Shown here: piece by piece, positions 61,500 through 64,000 of the stretch
Layout: each line of letters opens with the position of its first letter
Position numbering within the stretch: position 1 is the first letter of the stretch
Assembly (NCBI GenBank): GCA_040285745.1
Contig: JAUFOR010000008.1
Location: forward strand, 1,054,001-1,118,000
Origin: Barthelona sp. PCE
Taxonomy: Eukaryota
Reading direction: 5' to 3'
Length of the DNA stretch: 64,000 nucleotides
Made by a program: the position numbers and the translations under genes
The notes under the pieces: generated by a model
Told to the model about the DNA's origin: nothing
Seen by the model: the letters and a program-made list of their open reading frames with translations, nothing else
Databases searched by the model: none

Positions 61500-63286
61500 C
61501 GGTTTTGAACCACTCAGCACTCAGGGTAGGTCCTACTGGGCCTACAACTGGGGATATGTGAGGTTGTGTTGGTGTTGGTGTTGGTGGCAACTCCTCAACA
61601 GGTTCTGGTGCGATAATGTGGGATTATAGGGATGCGACAAGCGCTATATCCATGTATAAGTCCCTATCGCGGGAGGCAGCCGCTAGATCTGCCTTAAGTT
61701 TGGGGATAATGACGCTTTTTTTTCGTGCTTCAGCTTTACGCTTTCTGCGCCTTTGATCCTCCAATAAACCTCGAATTTCGAGAAAAAGGTGTCGTTATGC
61801 GGGCCAACTAGCGCCTCACGGTGCTGTGGCGGCATAACAGATGCGGACAGTTTCTCAACTGGGATTTACAAGTGAGAGATTCGTCATCTCACTTTCTCCT
61901 GCCTACACTCTCCTGGATTGCTTGCGCTTAGGGACATCAGGAGGGGGCGGGAGGTCGACGAATAGCGTCGAGGTGCTGGTAGGGGGTTGCACAGGGGAGT
62001 TTATGACCCTCGTACAATCTGCCATAGATGTGGCGTCGGTTACCGAGATTTTTTCTCAAGGCCCTCATGAAACTAGACTTTTCATGGGTGACGCCACGGC
62101 CGATGATGGTGAGTAGGATGATCTTCATCAGGTACTCAGCCACTGCCTATGGCTACCGTCAGCTCCAGGACGCGGTGGGTTAGGACCACTGGGACTACCG
62201 TTTTTAGACGACTAGCGTGATACTGTCTTCTCTTTCAAGAATTTGAGGAGTTGCTGGGGAAGCTGACGCTCTCGTTCAAGGCTCTTTGCCGAGAGGAGCT
62301 GTCAGGGATGACCCCCATCCTGTCTAAAACGTCCGGGATTCCCGGGGAGGACTTACAGCCGAGGTAGCTGCTGGTCCTGGTAGTGTCAAAAGTGGTTATT
62401 ACGGATTTCTCACAGTTTTTTCAACGTGGTTTTCTACGGATTTCTCACAGTTTTTTTCAACGTGGTTTTTTAAGGATTTCTCACAGTTCTCAAGTGTGGT
62501 TCTTAAGGGTTTCTCGCAGTTCTTCCATTACTGGAGGAGCCTTCGGGCTTGGACTGCTATCAGCGAGGTAAGGAAATCATTCATCCTTACCCTGGCCTCT
62601 GGGTCTGTGCCCCCTTGTGGTGTGACCAAAGTGGGGCCTCAGGCTCCTCAGGCGCCTCATCGACATATCGGGAGACGCCGCGAGATTTCACCTTGAACGT
62701 TGGGACAATCTCATCACGTACTTCCGCGACGTTACTCGCGGGCTTGAGGACTGCCTTAAAGGCTGCCTCGTCAAAGTCACTGGCCGCCTGGGGCTTCCTA
62801 CGTGTACTTTGTGCTAGATGTCTGACGCGATCTAGCTGAGGAATCGCAAGCTCAAAGAGCATATCCCAAGCTTTTTGTGCGATTCCTGCACGCGACCTGG
62901 TAAGGTCGGCTGTTGCCTTTCTTATTATCCCAGCGGTGGCCTCCGCTGTGGGCATGCCCATAAAGAGGAGGAGTAACGCGTACTGCTCCCCTTTGCCGCC
63001 CTCGCTGCTGCCTCTGTCCCAAACCCGCTGGGGCTGGGCTCATTGTGGTTTAGCAGCGGTATTTCATCTACAGTGTGCACCCAGGATGCCAATAGGACAG
63101 GTAGTACTATGCCGCTCAAGTGAAACGATTTCTTGAGCTTCCCGAGGTCTGGGGTGTCCCTGAGGCTGTACATAGTCTCAAAGGTGGCGACTACCATGTC
63201 CCTGGCCCTCAACAAGGGCTCCTTACAGTATGTTTTTAAATTTCAAAACTTAGATATTCTATTCCCTCATTTACATAACCCGACAT
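61500..63286 (-). pseudogene. gag-like ORF1, frame-disrupted; boundaries approximate
   Basis: ATG at 63286 just inside A1; successive coding-like fragments (62925-63215, 62587-62961, 61937-62143) at the position expected for gag; the first two are joined by a single-base shift. Confidence 0.55.
62386..62523 (-). repeat. Tandem repeat of about 33-36 bp, 4 copies, in ORF1
   Basis: Plus-strand core ggatttctcacagtt...caacgtggtt recurring; minus strand encodes NCEK(P/S)-containing units. Confidence 0.9.
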
Positions 63287-63334
63287 TGAACAAAGGATTT
63301 AAATCTCAATGTATATCAATCTTTGACGGGTTTT

Positions 63335-63475
63335 TTTTTTGAATTCAGGAAAGAAATCGAAAAGCAGTTACTCGAGTCCGAGTAACTTAGCTAGGATTAT
63401 TCTTTAACTCTCACTATCAGTGTATGTCATCTAGGTTTCGGGTGCATCAAGATTCCGATTGCCATCAACTACATT
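63335..63475 (-). repeat. Split direct repeat A1 (141 bp, 5' terminus)
   Basis: Identical to 57304-57444. Confidence 0.97.
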
Positions 63476-64000
63476 GTATAATCAAACGGTAGAGACCCAA
63501 AATCGATTAAAAATTGTTAATTAACTTTTTTTTTTCAATAAATTTTACAACCCTTAAATTAACTTATACAGCTTAATCATATACACACACACAGCTAATG
63601 TGTTATATATAACTCAAAAGCACTGCTTGAAAATAAATGCTACTGAATATTGCATACCGGCCATCCCTCTGCCGTTTTAGCCGACGAGGTGTGCCGTTGA
63701 TCACATTGACCATCCAAAGAGTCTTACATCATGCTCTTTAATGGTGAGAAATCGGAGTACACATTAACAAGACAGATAAAGCGTTAATTAGAAGAAAAAA
63801 AGTTTTTTTTTTTAAAAATAAAGTGTTTATTGTGCTAGAATAATATAAATACTAAATAAAACTTCCCCTGCGCAGTTTGTAACTATTTAAAAAATAGAAT
63901 AGAAGCTTTACTTTTCTTATTTCGTTAAACCATTACAATATATCATCATCACTACCGCTGCCATCTACATTTGTACTCCATTAACTAGCTCTCCAATTAC

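Larger units (their letters stand above)
56921..63475 (-). mobile_element. Tyrosine-recombinase (DIRS-order) retrotransposon with Ngaro/PAT-type split direct repeats, 6555 bp
   Basis: Minus-strand order A1, gag-like, RT, RNase H, YR, B1, A2, spacer, B2. Repeat copies are identical; no TSD. Confidence 0.93.

Noticed and set aside
57543-61630. Retrotransposon written in a TAA/TAG=Gln code (in-frame PQ*RS, QL*MR, SY*TA, SL*SH)
   Set aside because: TGA stops and true frameshifts also interrupt the frames. All six Gln in the 265-aa RT core use CAA/CAG, and paired indels can explain several of the stops.
62386-62523. CRISPR-like appearance of about 35-bp repeats
   Set aside because: Head-to-tail units without unique spacers, inside a eukaryotic retroelement ORF; no cas genes.
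63640-63790. Coding-like patch right of the retrotransposon
   Set aside because: Only short frames with stops and no recognisable motif.

Overview
A gene-dense, intron-poor eukaryotic (protist) window in the standard genetic code, with very short intergenic spacers and several convergent genes overlapping at their stop codons. The one intron found has a metamonad-like fused branch-point/3' splice site; the taxon is inferred. About 35 genes are present, including MON2-like, CstF-50, RtcB, kinesin, TTLL, SNF2, GOT1, RIO2, FTase beta, VAP, F-BAR-SH3, COG2, COG4, Fcf2, FCP1, RNase H2A, Ulp/SENP and copine. Six things stand out beyond the ORF track. (1) A complete 6555-bp tyrosine-recombinase retrotransposon (56921-63475, minus strand) with Ngaro/PAT-type split direct repeats A1-ORFs-B1A2-spacer-B2. 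Its repeat copies are identical, it has an internal circle-junction copy with a TT core and a hairpin-rich spacer, and its gag/RT/RNase H/YR frames are broken. (2) That element sits 132 bp upstream of an unannotated tRNA-Ile(AAT). (3) An oversized, intact hAT-family transposase tightly bracketed by imperfect 29-bp terminal inverted repeats (31415-35302). (4) An intron-split divergent ubiquitin whose 113-nt intron folds into a long internal stem. (5) An orphan protein with a colicin-type HNH-like motif. (6) A MON2-like CDS that runs off the left edge. All family calls are from motif recognition by eye, not database searches.
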